Origin: Bacteroidia bacterium
Lineage (GTDB): Bacteria > Bacteroidota > Bacteroidia > NS11-12g > UBA955
Direction of reading: 5' to 3'
DNA: 64,000 nucleotides
Assembly (NCBI GenBank): GCA_023228875.1
Contig: JALOAG010000005.1
Location: 149,801 to 213,800, forward strand
The position numbers and the translations under genes are program-made. Of the stretch, positions 40,175 to 49,399 are shown piece after piece (the first letter of the stretch is position 1; each line of letters starts with the position of its first letter). The notes under the pieces were generated by a model. The model made no database searches and was not told the DNA's origin. It saw nothing but the letters and a program-made list of their open reading frames with translations.

Positions 40175-41261
40175 TTATCCATTACTCAAAGACTTTGTCT
40201 ATAAAGTTTTTCATCATTATGGATTTACTCAAGAACATGCAAAACTATCAGCAGAAATTTTGTGTAAAGCCGACTTGAGAGGAATTGACTCTCATGGTGT
40301 AGCAAGGTTGACAGGGTATTTACGATTGATTGATGCAGGACGCTTGAACCCAAACCCAAAGTTCAATTGGATAACAGACAGACTTTCGGCAGGTACGCTT
40401 GATGCAGATGGCAGTATTGGTTTGGTATCAGCACAAGTTGCCATGCAGAAAGCAATAGAAAAAGCCAAGCAAACGGGTGTTGCATTTATTGGAATATCTA
40501 ATTCAAATCATTTTGGAATTGCCGGTGCGCATAGTGAATTAGCTACACAACATGGAATGATAGGATGGGCAATGACTAATGCAAGTCCATTGGTAGCACC
40601 GGATGGAACAGTGCAAAGACTTTTTGGCACTAATCCAATATCTGTTGCGGTTCCTAATCCCTTATCAGACACAGGAAGACCATTTTTATTGGATATGGCA
40701 ACGAGTGCCGCAGCCAATGGGAAACTTGAAATTGCAGGTAGAGAGCAGCTCGACATTCCCCAAGGTTGGGCAAAAGATAAGAATGGAATGAGTTCGCAGA
40801 ATCCGAATGTTCTAAAAGAGGGTGGTGCATTAATACCTCTTGGAATTGATGCTGAGCATGGGGTACATAAAGGATATGGCTTGGGTGCAATGGTTGATAT
40901 CCTCACAGGTGTATTGACCGGAGCCAACTTTAGCACCTTTGTGCCTCCTTTTGTTTCGTTTTTAAATGTTGCTCAAAATTTGCCCGGTAAAGGTATTGGG
41001 CACTTTATGGGAGCAATGGATATTAGTGCATTTATTGAGCCGGAACATTTTTATGAAAGAATGAAACTTTGGTCAACTCAAATAAAAAATGCACAACCTA
41101 TTGATAAACATACTCCACTGATGATTCACGGTGAACCTGAATTTCTATGTGAAGCAACACGCATTGAGCAGGGCATACCTCTTAATCCGCTTGTTGGAAA
41201 GGAAATGAAAGACTTAGCAGGTAAATTGGCTATCACCACTGATATTTTCAACCATTTTTAA
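40146..41261 (+). CDS. Ldh_2 family oxidoreductase (malate/L-lactate/ureidoglycolate dehydrogenase type)
   Basis: ADLRGIDSHG..RL..Y, NSNHFGIAG, FGTNPISVA.P, LDMATS, HKGYGL, HGEPE. Confidence 0.92.
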   Translation: MNNSTPRAISYPLLKDFVYKVFHHYGFTQEHAKLSAEILCKADLRGIDSHGVARLTGYLRLIDAGRLNPNPKFNWITDRLSAGTLDADGSIGLVSAQVAMQKAIEKAKQTGVAFIGISNSNHFGIAGAHSELATQHGMIGWAMTNASPLVAPDGTVQRLFGTNPISVAVPNPLSDTGRPFLLDMATSAAANGKLEIAGREQLDIPQGWAKDKNGMSSQNPNVLKEGGALIPLGIDAEHGVHKGYGLGAMVDILTGVLTGANFSTFVPPFVSFLNVAQNLPGKGIGHFMGAMDISAFIEPEHFYERMKLWSTQIKNAQPIDKHTPLMIHGEPEFLCEATRIEQGIPLNPLVGKEMKDLAGKLAITTDIFNHF

Positions 41262-41264
41262 AAC

Positions 41265-42950
41265 ATGAGATATTTCTATTTGTTCATCATATCATGGTTA
41301 GTTACTTGCGGATTGCAAGCACAAGATAATGTAATACCGGCAGGTCATTGGATGATGAATCTGGCAGACCGTTATGAAATTATTACAGGAAAGTTTGTAG
41401 ATGGCACTCAGTTAACAGCGGGTTTTGTTCAACGTAAACACATACTTGCAACACATGATACATTTCCTGTATTATCAAAACAAGATATTTTCAACCGCGA
41501 TGAATATTTAAAAAAAGATTTGGCTTGCGGTAGGGCAACAGAATATCCCGGATTTAACAGAAAACCATTTTGGGATAATTTTTATGCTTCACCAGCCTAT
41601 TTACTTGATTACTATGATGTCCATAAAAATTATAGGATAACTTTCAATCCTGTGTTAGCAATGGGTATTGGCAAGGATATGTTGGATAATTCCAAGTATT
41701 TATTCAGGAATACAAGGGGTGGTGAGTTGAAAGGGTTTATTGGTAAAAAACAATCTTTTGGTTTTTATTCATTTGCGACAGATAATCAGGTTTCTTTACC
41801 AAAGTACGTAAATTATTACACTGATAGCTTTGGATATTTGCCCAATCAAACTTTTTGGAAAAGGTTCAAAGCCCAGGGTTATGACTATTTCCAAGCAAGA
41901 GGTTATGTATGGTGGGATGTGAACGAATTTGTGAATTTGCGTTTTGGTCAAGACAAGATTTTTTGGGGGAATGGAATGCGTTCACTCATCTTGGGGGACT
42001 TTTCACCGGCAAATTTATTTTTCCAAATCAATACTAATCTCGGTATTGTAAATTATCAAAATTATTATGGTCAATTTACTGATTTTTCACCTATTACAGG
42101 TGCAAGTTTACTCAGGCGTAAATTTGGGACTTTTCATAGATTAGGAATTAATATTGCTAAAAATGTCAATATTGGGCTGTTTGAAGCAGTGATGTTTGGC
42201 AGACAAGATTCAACACAAAGTGATCGCTATGATATTGCATATCTCAATCCGATTATTTTCTATAGAGCGATTGAACAACAGTTAGGTAGCCAAGACAATG
42301 CGCTGATAGGAATAGATTGGAAATGGAATTTTCTTAAAAGATTTCAATTCTACGGTCAATTTGTGTTGGATGAATTTATGCTAAAGGAGCTCAAGGCACA
42401 AAATGGTTGGTGGGCAAACAAATATGCATTGCAAGTCGGAGCGAAGTACATGAATGTTTTTGGCTTACCAAATATAGATTGGCAAGCGGAATTAAATGTG
42501 GTTCGCCCTTTTACATACAGCCATTTTAGAAGCGGTGGCAACTGGGCAAATTTTGGACAAGCAATTGCACATCCGTTGGGAGCTAATTTCAAAGAAATCA
42601 TTTTTAAGATTTCTGCCCAACCATTAAAAAGGTTAAGAGCAGAATTTACTTTTATTGAATTTCTGAAAGGAGAAGACTTCACACTCAATGGATTAAACTA
42701 TGGTGGAAATATTTTACGAGATTACTCTACTAAAGTACAGGATTATGGCAATACAATCGCGCAGGGAAAAGGTATAGGCGCAGGAATTTTTGATTTGAAT
42801 ATTTCGTATATGCTTCAACACAATTTCTTTATTGATGCCCGTATGTATTACAAGTTGTATGATCAAAATGACAGATACCCAAATACGAAATGGTTTCAAG
42901 TAGGGTTCAGATGGAATATAGATTCTGAAACGAGATTGATGTATTATTAG
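41265..42950 (+). CDS. Outer membrane beta-barrel protein (Wzi/RemB-like)
   Basis: Signal peptide; NTRG..L.G.IG, GNG.RSLIL.D, YLNPIIFYRAIE, FYGQFVLDEF, AHPLGANF.E. Confidence 0.6.
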   Translation: MRYFYLFIISWLVTCGLQAQDNVIPAGHWMMNLADRYEIITGKFVDGTQLTAGFVQRKHILATHDTFPVLSKQDIFNRDEYLKKDLACGRATEYPGFNRKPFWDNFYASPAYLLDYYDVHKNYRITFNPVLAMGIGKDMLDNSKYLFRNTRGGELKGFIGKKQSFGFYSFATDNQVSLPKYVNYYTDSFGYLPNQTFWKRFKAQGYDYFQARGYVWWDVNEFVNLRFGQDKIFWGNGMRSLILGDFSPANLFFQINTNLGIVNYQNYYGQFTDFSPITGASLLRRKFGTFHRLGINIAKNVNIGLFEAVMFGRQDSTQSDRYDIAYLNPIIFYRAIEQQLGSQDNALIGIDWKWNFLKRFQFYGQFVLDEFMLKELKAQNGWWANKYALQVGAKYMNVFGLPNIDWQAELNVVRPFTYSHFRSGGNWANFGQAIAHPLGANFKEIIFKISAQPLKRLRAEFTFIEFLKGEDFTLNGLNYGGNILRDYSTKVQDYGNTIAQGKGIGAGIFDLNISYMLQHNFFIDARMYYKLYDQNDRYPNTKWFQVGFRWNIDSETRLMYY

Positions 42951-43080
42951 TCTTTGGCGATTGATAATCGCTTGTATCACACAATTTATTGCTGATTACT
43001 TGTGTATATGTATTGTAATCAGGACTTTATAATAGCCTTTAATCAAGCTAATTTTGCAGCATATTATGAGAGATTCAATC

Positions 43081-43722
43081 ATGTTAAAGAAAATATCAAG
43101 TGTAATTTTACTGTGGATGTTCAGTATGAGCATCAACCAAGTCTTTGCTCAGAGAGTCAATGAAACCAAGTTGTCATTTAATAAGCAAGATGTAGCATCA
43201 TATTCAATTGAATATGATGTGTCAAAAGCTGACCTACAACAAGTTGCTGAAAGTTATTTTGGAAAAAATATTAATGGTAAAAAGTCAAAAGCAGAAGGTT
43301 TTGTTCAATATATAGCTGCTTCGTGGAGCATTATGCCTTTTGACAAAGGGGATATTTATTACAAAGTAGAAGGCAATAAAAAGAAATCAACTTTGATAAT
43401 TCTGGTGTCGATGGGCTACGATAATTTTGTCAGCTCAAGTACCGAACCTAAAGTATTGGCATCTTTGTCAATGTTTGCATCTGAATTTCAAAAGGAAATT
43501 GAGGCATATCAGCTCAATGCGAAAATTGTAGCTCAAGAGAAAAAGATTAATGATTTAGAAAAGGACTACAAGAAAAAAATGAAAAAGGAGCGCAAGTATT
43601 CTAAAAAGATAGATAAGCTGAATAAGAAGATAGGCAAGAACAAGAATAAATATGAGTCTATTGCTTCTGAGATTGACAAACAAAAACAATTCTTGGAAGA
43701 TTTGCAAAAACAGAAAAAATAA
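43081..43722 (+). CDS. Hypothetical secreted protein with Lys-rich coiled-coil C-terminus
   Basis: Signal peptide; C-terminal heptad-rich segment; TAATTTTG element at 43049-43056. Confidence 0.65.
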   Translation: MLKKISSVILLWMFSMSINQVFAQRVNETKLSFNKQDVASYSIEYDVSKADLQQVAESYFGKNINGKKSKAEGFVQYIAASWSIMPFDKGDIYYKVEGNKKKSTLIILVSMGYDNFVSSSTEPKVLASLSMFASEFQKEIEAYQLNAKIVAQEKKINDLEKDYKKKMKKERKYSKKIDKLNKKIGKNKNKYESIASEIDKQKQFLEDLQKQKK

Positions 43723-43727
43723 TCTCA

Positions 43728-44324
43728 ATGGACAAACAACTACTTTGTCCTTGGTGTTTGGGCTTTGATAGTTATGTAGATTATCATAATAATGAATGGG
43801 GAGTTCCTTGTACCCATGATAAAAAGCTATTTGAATTTCTTGTGTTAGAAAGTGCTCAAGCCGGACTCAGCTGGGCAACCATTTTGAAAAGAAGAGAAGG
43901 ATATCGCAAGGCTTATGCCGACTTTGATCCGGTCATTGTATCTGAATTTACCAATACCCACGTACAAGAACTGCTAATGAATTCAGCAATCATTAGAAAT
44001 AGGTTGAAAATAGAATCATCTATACACAATGCCACGTGTTTTATAAAAGTCCAAGAACAATATGGCTCATTTGCACAGTATATTTGGCACTATGTGAATA
44101 ATCAACCTATTCAGAATCGTTGGAAAACAATGGCTGAAGTGCCGTTCCGCACAATTTTATCTGATAAAATTGCCAAGGATATGAAGCAACTTGGTTTTAA
44201 ATTTCTTGGCAGCACAATTATGTATTCCTATCTGCAGGCAATGGGATTAATCAATGACCATTTGGTGCACTGCCCGCGTTATAACGAAATACAGAATAAA
44301 TATGGAGAAAAGCCGGTATTTTAG
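43728..44324 (+). CDS. tag: DNA-3-methyladenine glycosylase I
   Basis: CPWC...YHNNEWG.P, LFEFLVLESAQAGLSW.TIL, IIRNRLKI, GLINDHLV.C. Confidence 0.95.
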   Translation: MDKQLLCPWCLGFDSYVDYHNNEWGVPCTHDKKLFEFLVLESAQAGLSWATILKRREGYRKAYADFDPVIVSEFTNTHVQELLMNSAIIRNRLKIESSIHNATCFIKVQEQYGSFAQYIWHYVNNQPIQNRWKTMAEVPFRTILSDKIAKDMKQLGFKFLGSTIMYSYLQAMGLINDHLVHCPRYNEIQNKYGEKPVF

Positions 44325-44327
44325 TAT

Positions 44328-44786
44328 TTAATCTAAAATTTGCTTCGTATGTCCATTCGTATCAACCTTTTCAATAATTCGTTCAATTTTACCTGATTCA
44401 TCTATCAAAAACGTGGTTCTTGCGATTCCCATATATTTGCGTCCGTACATGCTTTTTTCTACCCAAACTCCATAGCTGAGTGCAATTGACTTATCTGTAT
44501 CTGCAATGAGGTCAAACGGAAGTGTATAGTTTTTAATAAACTTTTGGTGGCTTTGTTCGCTGTCCGGACTAATTCCCAAAACAACATAGCCTTGTTTCAG
44601 TATATGTGCATAGTTATCACGCAGATTGCAGGCTTGTGCAGTGCAACCTGGCGTATTGTCTTTTGGATAAAAATATAAGATTACTTTTTTGCCTTTAAAA
44701 TCATTAAGAGATACTGTTTTTCCGGCTTGGTTTGTTGAGGTGAACAAAGGTGCGATGTCGCCCTCTTTTAATGGTGATTGGCTCAT
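44328..44786 (-). CDS. bcp: Thioredoxin-dependent thiol peroxidase (BCP/PrxQ)
   Basis: YFYPKDNTPGCTAQAC, RTTFLIDE.GKI. Confidence 0.95.
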   Translation of the reverse strand: MSQSPLKEGDIAPLFTSTNQAGKTVSLNDFKGKKVILYFYPKDNTPGCTAQACNLRDNYAHILKQGYVVLGISPDSEQSHQKFIKNYTLPFDLIADTDKSIALSYGVWVEKSMYGRKYMGIARTTFLIDESGKIERIIEKVDTNGHTKQILD

Positions 44787-46663
44787 GGTAATGTAAAAGA
44801 TTTTTCAAAAGTAGTCTCATTTCCTCTTTCATCCTTAACTTTTAAGGTAAATACATGTTTTCCTTTGTCAAAGGATGCCGGAATTTTCCCTTTTAAAATA
44901 CCTGTTTTAGGTTCAAATTCCATTAATATCCATTGTTTGTCAACATAAGCATTGAAGGTTTTTACACCGGAAAGATTGTCTCCCAGAGAGAAAATCAATT
45001 CATGATTGGGGTTGAATTTGATTGTAGAGATAGAAGGAGCTATGGTGTCGATTCCAACATAAAAAGAACCGAAATTTCTTATGGATGCTTCTATAAATCC
45101 GGCATTATACCTGCCTCCAACAGGATGTTTTCTTCCTTTATCTAATTCAACAATTAGAAGTTTTGAACGATGTTCGGGTTTGACTTCGCCTTCTACTTTG
45201 ATAGCAATATTTGAAGCAAAATGGATAGGAACATATAATTCGCCTATTGCCCAGAGTGGGGAATATCCTCCTTTGTGTTCTGTAAATTCTTTTACGCAAA
45301 CTTGGTAATTAAAATAAAGTGCATTAGAAGGAAGTGTCAATCGCACTTTGTTATGTGAGAGTGCAAATGATTGACCCGGAACAAAGACTTTACATATTGT
45401 TGCATTTTTTGTATTGCCTTGAACTTCAACGGGGGAGAAGGATGTAGAGCTGTCAGCAATGAAAGTGAATAATACACTATCTTTCCTGCCTGATAAATCA
45501 TGTGCTACAATCTTTATCTTACTTGTATCCGTCAATAAAAAAGTGCCTTTATCTTTTCCATACGAATACAAATCCAGTTTGTTTCCATCATCTTTAAAAA
45601 ATTTTTGAGCCTTAATATTTTCTGTTTTGTGAACACAAAAATCAAGATGGCTGTTGATATAGCGTGTTGTATTAAAATTGATTTTTTCAATTTTACATTC
45701 AAAAACAGCTTGGTCATTTACAAACAACTCAGAGTAATTAATACCAAGGTTTTCATTATGAGAACGAAAGTAATCCTTCATATAGGCTCCTACAGCATAT
45801 TTTCCCGGAGGAAGTTTGATTGTTTTATTTCGGGAGGGTAGGTTGTTTTTGTTGGTTCTAATATTGATAAAGGGGTAGGTGCCTTCTTGTTCTCTATATT
45901 GGTTGTCAATTTGATAGATAAATAATTTCAATATTTCAGGTGCAAGGTTGTCAGTAATATTGATTCCAAATAATAATGGGTTCACCGGTTCGGATGTGTT
46001 GGTTTTTCTAATTTCAAAGTGCAAATGAGGTCCACCTGAGCCACCGGTGTTTCCGGAATAAGCAATTAAGTCTCCCTGTTCAACTGCAATCAGACCTTTT
46101 TCAGGGTAAAGTTCTACTTCAAAAGATTGATTTGCATACTGATGCTTACGTATATAAAACTGAATATCTTTACTAAAATGTTGCAGATGGGCATAAACTG
46201 TAGTGTATCCGTTAGGATGGCTGATATATAATGCGTTCCCATAGCCACTTTGAGAAACATTAATTCTACATACATAACCTTTTGCGGCAGCATAGACCTC
46301 TTTTCCTTCTACTCCATCGGTTCGGATGTCAACACCGGTGTGAAAATGATTTGAGCGCAACTCCCCAAATGTGCCTGCCAAGTAAATATCATCATGCATT
46401 GGGAGTTGAAAGTAGTTTTGAGGGAAGCGACCATCCGGCATCATTTCCGGGGCAGGCTCAGGTTCTTCATCCGGAGCTATTGTTGAATCGATATCAATGA
46501 TTGAGGTGTCTCCTGATTGTTCAATGACAACTTGTGTTTGGTTTTTTTTGTCCGGATTACTTAATAATACTAATGCCAGTAGGGGAAATAACAATAAAAG
46601 CAATAATACGGACCATTTAAGTTCTTTTTTAACCTTCACAACTGCAAAACAAACGCTTGCCAA
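44783..46663 (-). CDS. M23 family metallopeptidase
   Basis: FGELRSNHFHTGVD, YAHL, SGNTGGSGGPHLHFEIR; start codon uncertain. Confidence 0.9.
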   Translation of the reverse strand: MASVCFAVVKVKKELKWSVLLLLLLFPLLALVLLSNPDKKNQTQVVIEQSGDTSIIDIDSTIAPDEEPEPAPEMMPDGRFPQNYFQLPMHDDIYLAGTFGELRSNHFHTGVDIRTDGVEGKEVYAAAKGYVCRINVSQSGYGNALYISHPNGYTTVYAHLQHFSKDIQFYIRKHQYANQSFEVELYPEKGLIAVEQGDLIAYSGNTGGSGGPHLHFEIRKTNTSEPVNPLLFGINITDNLAPEILKLFIYQIDNQYREQEGTYPFINIRTNKNNLPSRNKTIKLPPGKYAVGAYMKDYFRSHNENLGINYSELFVNDQAVFECKIEKINFNTTRYINSHLDFCVHKTENIKAQKFFKDDGNKLDLYSYGKDKGTFLLTDTSKIKIVAHDLSGRKDSVLFTFIADSSTSFSPVEVQGNTKNATICKVFVPGQSFALSHNKVRLTLPSNALYFNYQVCVKEFTEHKGGYSPLWAIGELYVPIHFASNIAIKVEGEVKPEHRSKLLIVELDKGRKHPVGGRYNAGFIEASIRNFGSFYVGIDTIAPSISTIKFNPNHELIFSLGDNLSGVKTFNAYVDKQWILMEFEPKTGILKGKIPASFDKGKHVFTLKVKDERGNETTFEKSFTLP

Positions 46664-46752
46664 CGAGATGAGTTTGAATAAATGTTCACATAGGTTGAAA
46701 ACATTGAGATGCTGTCTATGATTTTCAGCAAATCACTACAGTAATGGTATTT

Positions 46753-47910
46753 CTATACGCCTAAACGGTACAGAAAGTAGATTCCAATTGAATGTTGGAA
46801 TTTTTTTGTTGAGATTTCGTAAATAGGTTCGAATCTCAAGTTGAGTTTAAGATTATGTTTTATAAGTGGTTTGGAATAGATAAAACGGAAGAAAATCAAC
46901 TCTCTTTCTCGCTCAAGTGAATAAAAGTTGTCATAATTAAAACTGTTAAACAACGGAGTGCCCAACGCAGAGAAATATTCCCAGCCTTTCCAATAGCTTG
47001 CCATAAAAGAAAAGCCTTTGTGTGCGACACCACCATTGATATAAATTCCCATTCCGTCTTTGTAGGGTTGTCTTAATTCAAGTGAATGGTCTAAAGCATG
47101 AAGAAAATATGGTTGAAAAGTCCATTGTAATTTTTTCTTATTGCCAAATGTAATTTCAGTTCCAAGTGCATTATTTGTGTGATTCACAAGAGGCAAGTCC
47201 ACAGATGAACCACCCTTGTGTTGGTTTGTCATTTGGGTAATCAGTTTTGTCTGAAAGGCAGATTCTGCATCTCCGACCAATAAATATACAAAGGACACAC
47301 CGGATTCTAAAATTTCTTGTCTGTTCAATTGAGCATTTGCTGTTTGTCTCCAATTAATCCAAATGTCTGCAAAAAGTTTTTTATTGCTATGAATGACCTG
47401 GAATCCATTTTCGATTCTATCATACAACATCCTTTCAAATCTGTACAAAGGCTCAATGAGTTTATGTTCTAATCCTCCATATAAAGTTCCGAAAACAAAC
47501 CGTGTGTGTTTGAATTGATAGTCAAATGTGAAAGTAGGGGTATTGCTTGCAAAAGTATTTTCTCCAAAGTTTTTTTGAAGGAAAACACCGCCTTTTAACT
47601 TAAACTCCTTGTCTTTAAAAGGTTTCCAAACAAGGGTAGGGTAGAGTTGATAGCCGAAAAATGTTTCACCGGGTTCAATATTGCTAAAATATTCATTGTT
47701 TTTTACAAAACACAAGGTAATGAAATCAATATAAAACTGTTCGTTTATCTTGCCTAATGGGTTGAAAATATTAACAGTACTTCCATTTTTAATCCTGTCG
47801 GGGATAAAGGTACGCTCGTTTGTAGCAATATAGAAAGGCTTATTAGGTAATTGTGCGAATAAACTTTGACAACTTACCAATAAAAATCCAATACAAAAAA
47901 TCCTGTGCAA
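46753..47910 (-). CDS. Hypothetical outer membrane protein
   Basis: Signal peptide; alternating aromatic beta-strands (H.LIEPLY.FER, ENGFQ, DIWINW); C-terminal amphipathic strand. Confidence 0.6.
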   Translation of the reverse strand: MHRIFCIGFLLVSCQSLFAQLPNKPFYIATNERTFIPDRIKNGSTVNIFNPLGKINEQFYIDFITLCFVKNNEYFSNIEPGETFFGYQLYPTLVWKPFKDKEFKLKGGVFLQKNFGENTFASNTPTFTFDYQFKHTRFVFGTLYGGLEHKLIEPLYRFERMLYDRIENGFQVIHSNKKLFADIWINWRQTANAQLNRQEILESGVSFVYLLVGDAESAFQTKLITQMTNQHKGGSSVDLPLVNHTNNALGTEITFGNKKKLQWTFQPYFLHALDHSLELRQPYKDGMGIYINGGVAHKGFSFMASYWKGWEYFSALGTPLFNSFNYDNFYSLERERELIFFRFIYSKPLIKHNLKLNLRFEPIYEISTKKFQHSIGIYFLYRLGV

Positions 47911-47930
47911 GACTGTAAAGAGTATAATGT

Positions 47931-49397
47931 TTATTTAGTTTCAGCAGGCTGAGCTTCTGTGGGAGGGGTGTCAGGTGGAGAATCCGGTTGTGATTTTCTA
48001 CCTTTCTTATTTGTTTGCTTTTTATTTCTTTCACCCGGTGGTATATAGTCCGGAGAACAAGGGTTTTTCTTGTCCTTACCATAAGCGAATACAATATTGA
48101 CACCTGTCCTCAGGTGCACAGTTCTTGTATCTAAAGGATTGAAAAATAAGAATCCGGCATTGTTGGTAACAATCCACCACTGAATAGGACCGAGGTTGGC
48201 TGCGAGTCCAAGTCCAATGTTTGAAAGCCTCCTATTCATTAATGAAATATTGCCTTGCAAATTCAAAATACGTCCTAATCTCATTTGTCCGTTTACAGAC
48301 CAGGCGGTACTCAATCTTTTGTTAGAAATTTCTCCATACATCATAGCACCCACTCTATTGCCTTTCCAGATTTCATAAGAACCTGAAAGATAAATTTTAG
48401 GTATCAGGTTTGTTTTGTATCTGGCAGAAGGTTCATCACCCAAGTCAAATGTCTGTGTAATTGTGTCCACCAATTTTTCAAACATATCACTATTGCCGGA
48501 TAATGCATCAGAATTAAATCCTCTAAACTCAAAAGTTTTTGTTTGAGATTTGTTGTAATAACGTTTGCCGCCCTCAGACCAGCTGATAAATCCCAAGTCA
48601 AGCAATGAACCTGTGAGTAAGAGTTTTTTATCTAACATCAAATAGGTTGCTCCCAAATCAATTCCATAGCCGAGATTTTTTTGTTTTAATAAATCAGAAA
48701 AATCTTGGTTATCATCAGGCAATGTTGTTCTGAAATCCAGATCATTGTCAAAAGTAACTTGATAATATTCGGAATTAGTAGTGATATTAAACTTAGCCGT
48801 TTTAGTATAAATATTGGCTAAACCTTTCAAGTATTTAAGTCTTGCGCCAACTGACAAATTGCAATTCACTTGGTAGGCAGCACCGGCAGAGAAATCAAGA
48901 TATGCTGTGCTATTTACTCTAAAACCACCAATGTTGAGCGGCTTTCCTACATTTTCATCTGCCAAGTTTCCTTGAAGCAAAAAGGCAAACAAATCATAAG
49001 GGTAATTAAGCCTGAATTGAAATTTTTCCGCAGCAGCAGCATGTATAAACAACTTTGGCGTAACACGTACACCAAACGAAAAGTTGACAAGTTGATCAAG
49101 TTTTGTAGCATTATTTCTACGCATACTTTCTAAGAACTTACCGGTTGACCAGGTAAAGCTGTCCGAATTGTTATCAAATTTTCGTAGGTCGTTTATTGCA
49201 AAACTGTTAGAAAATCCGAGTCCCACATCATAAAAAGTCAGATAGAATCGAGTAATAGGGTTAAGAGCCGGATTGAGTGAATGTCTTTGACCCAGAAACT
49301 CCATATTGTGTAATGTCAGTTCTTGAGCACTAACAGAGGAGCTAAGAGCTATAAAAACAAAAGTCAAAAGTTTGTTGGTGAATTTTATTTTTTTCAT
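47931..49397 (-). CDS. DUF5723-like outer membrane beta-barrel protein
   Basis: Signal peptide; LNPA, GARLKYLKGLAN, GYGIDLGATY, SLLDLGFISW motifs; Pro/Ser-rich tail. Confidence 0.7.
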   Translation of the reverse strand: MKKIKFTNKLLTFVFIALSSSVSAQELTLHNMEFLGQRHSLNPALNPITRFYLTFYDVGLGFSNSFAINDLRKFDNNSDSFTWSTGKFLESMRRNNATKLDQLVNFSFGVRVTPKLFIHAAAAEKFQFRLNYPYDLFAFLLQGNLADENVGKPLNIGGFRVNSTAYLDFSAGAAYQVNCNLSVGARLKYLKGLANIYTKTAKFNITTNSEYYQVTFDNDLDFRTTLPDDNQDFSDLLKQKNLGYGIDLGATYLMLDKKLLLTGSLLDLGFISWSEGGKRYYNKSQTKTFEFRGFNSDALSGNSDMFEKLVDTITQTFDLGDEPSARYKTNLIPKIYLSGSYEIWKGNRVGAMMYGEISNKRLSTAWSVNGQMRLGRILNLQGNISLMNRRLSNIGLGLAANLGPIQWWIVTNNAGFLFFNPLDTRTVHLRTGVNIVFAYGKDKKNPCSPDYIPPGERNKKQTNKKGRKSQPDSPPDTPPTEAQPAETK

Positions 49398-49399
49398 GA

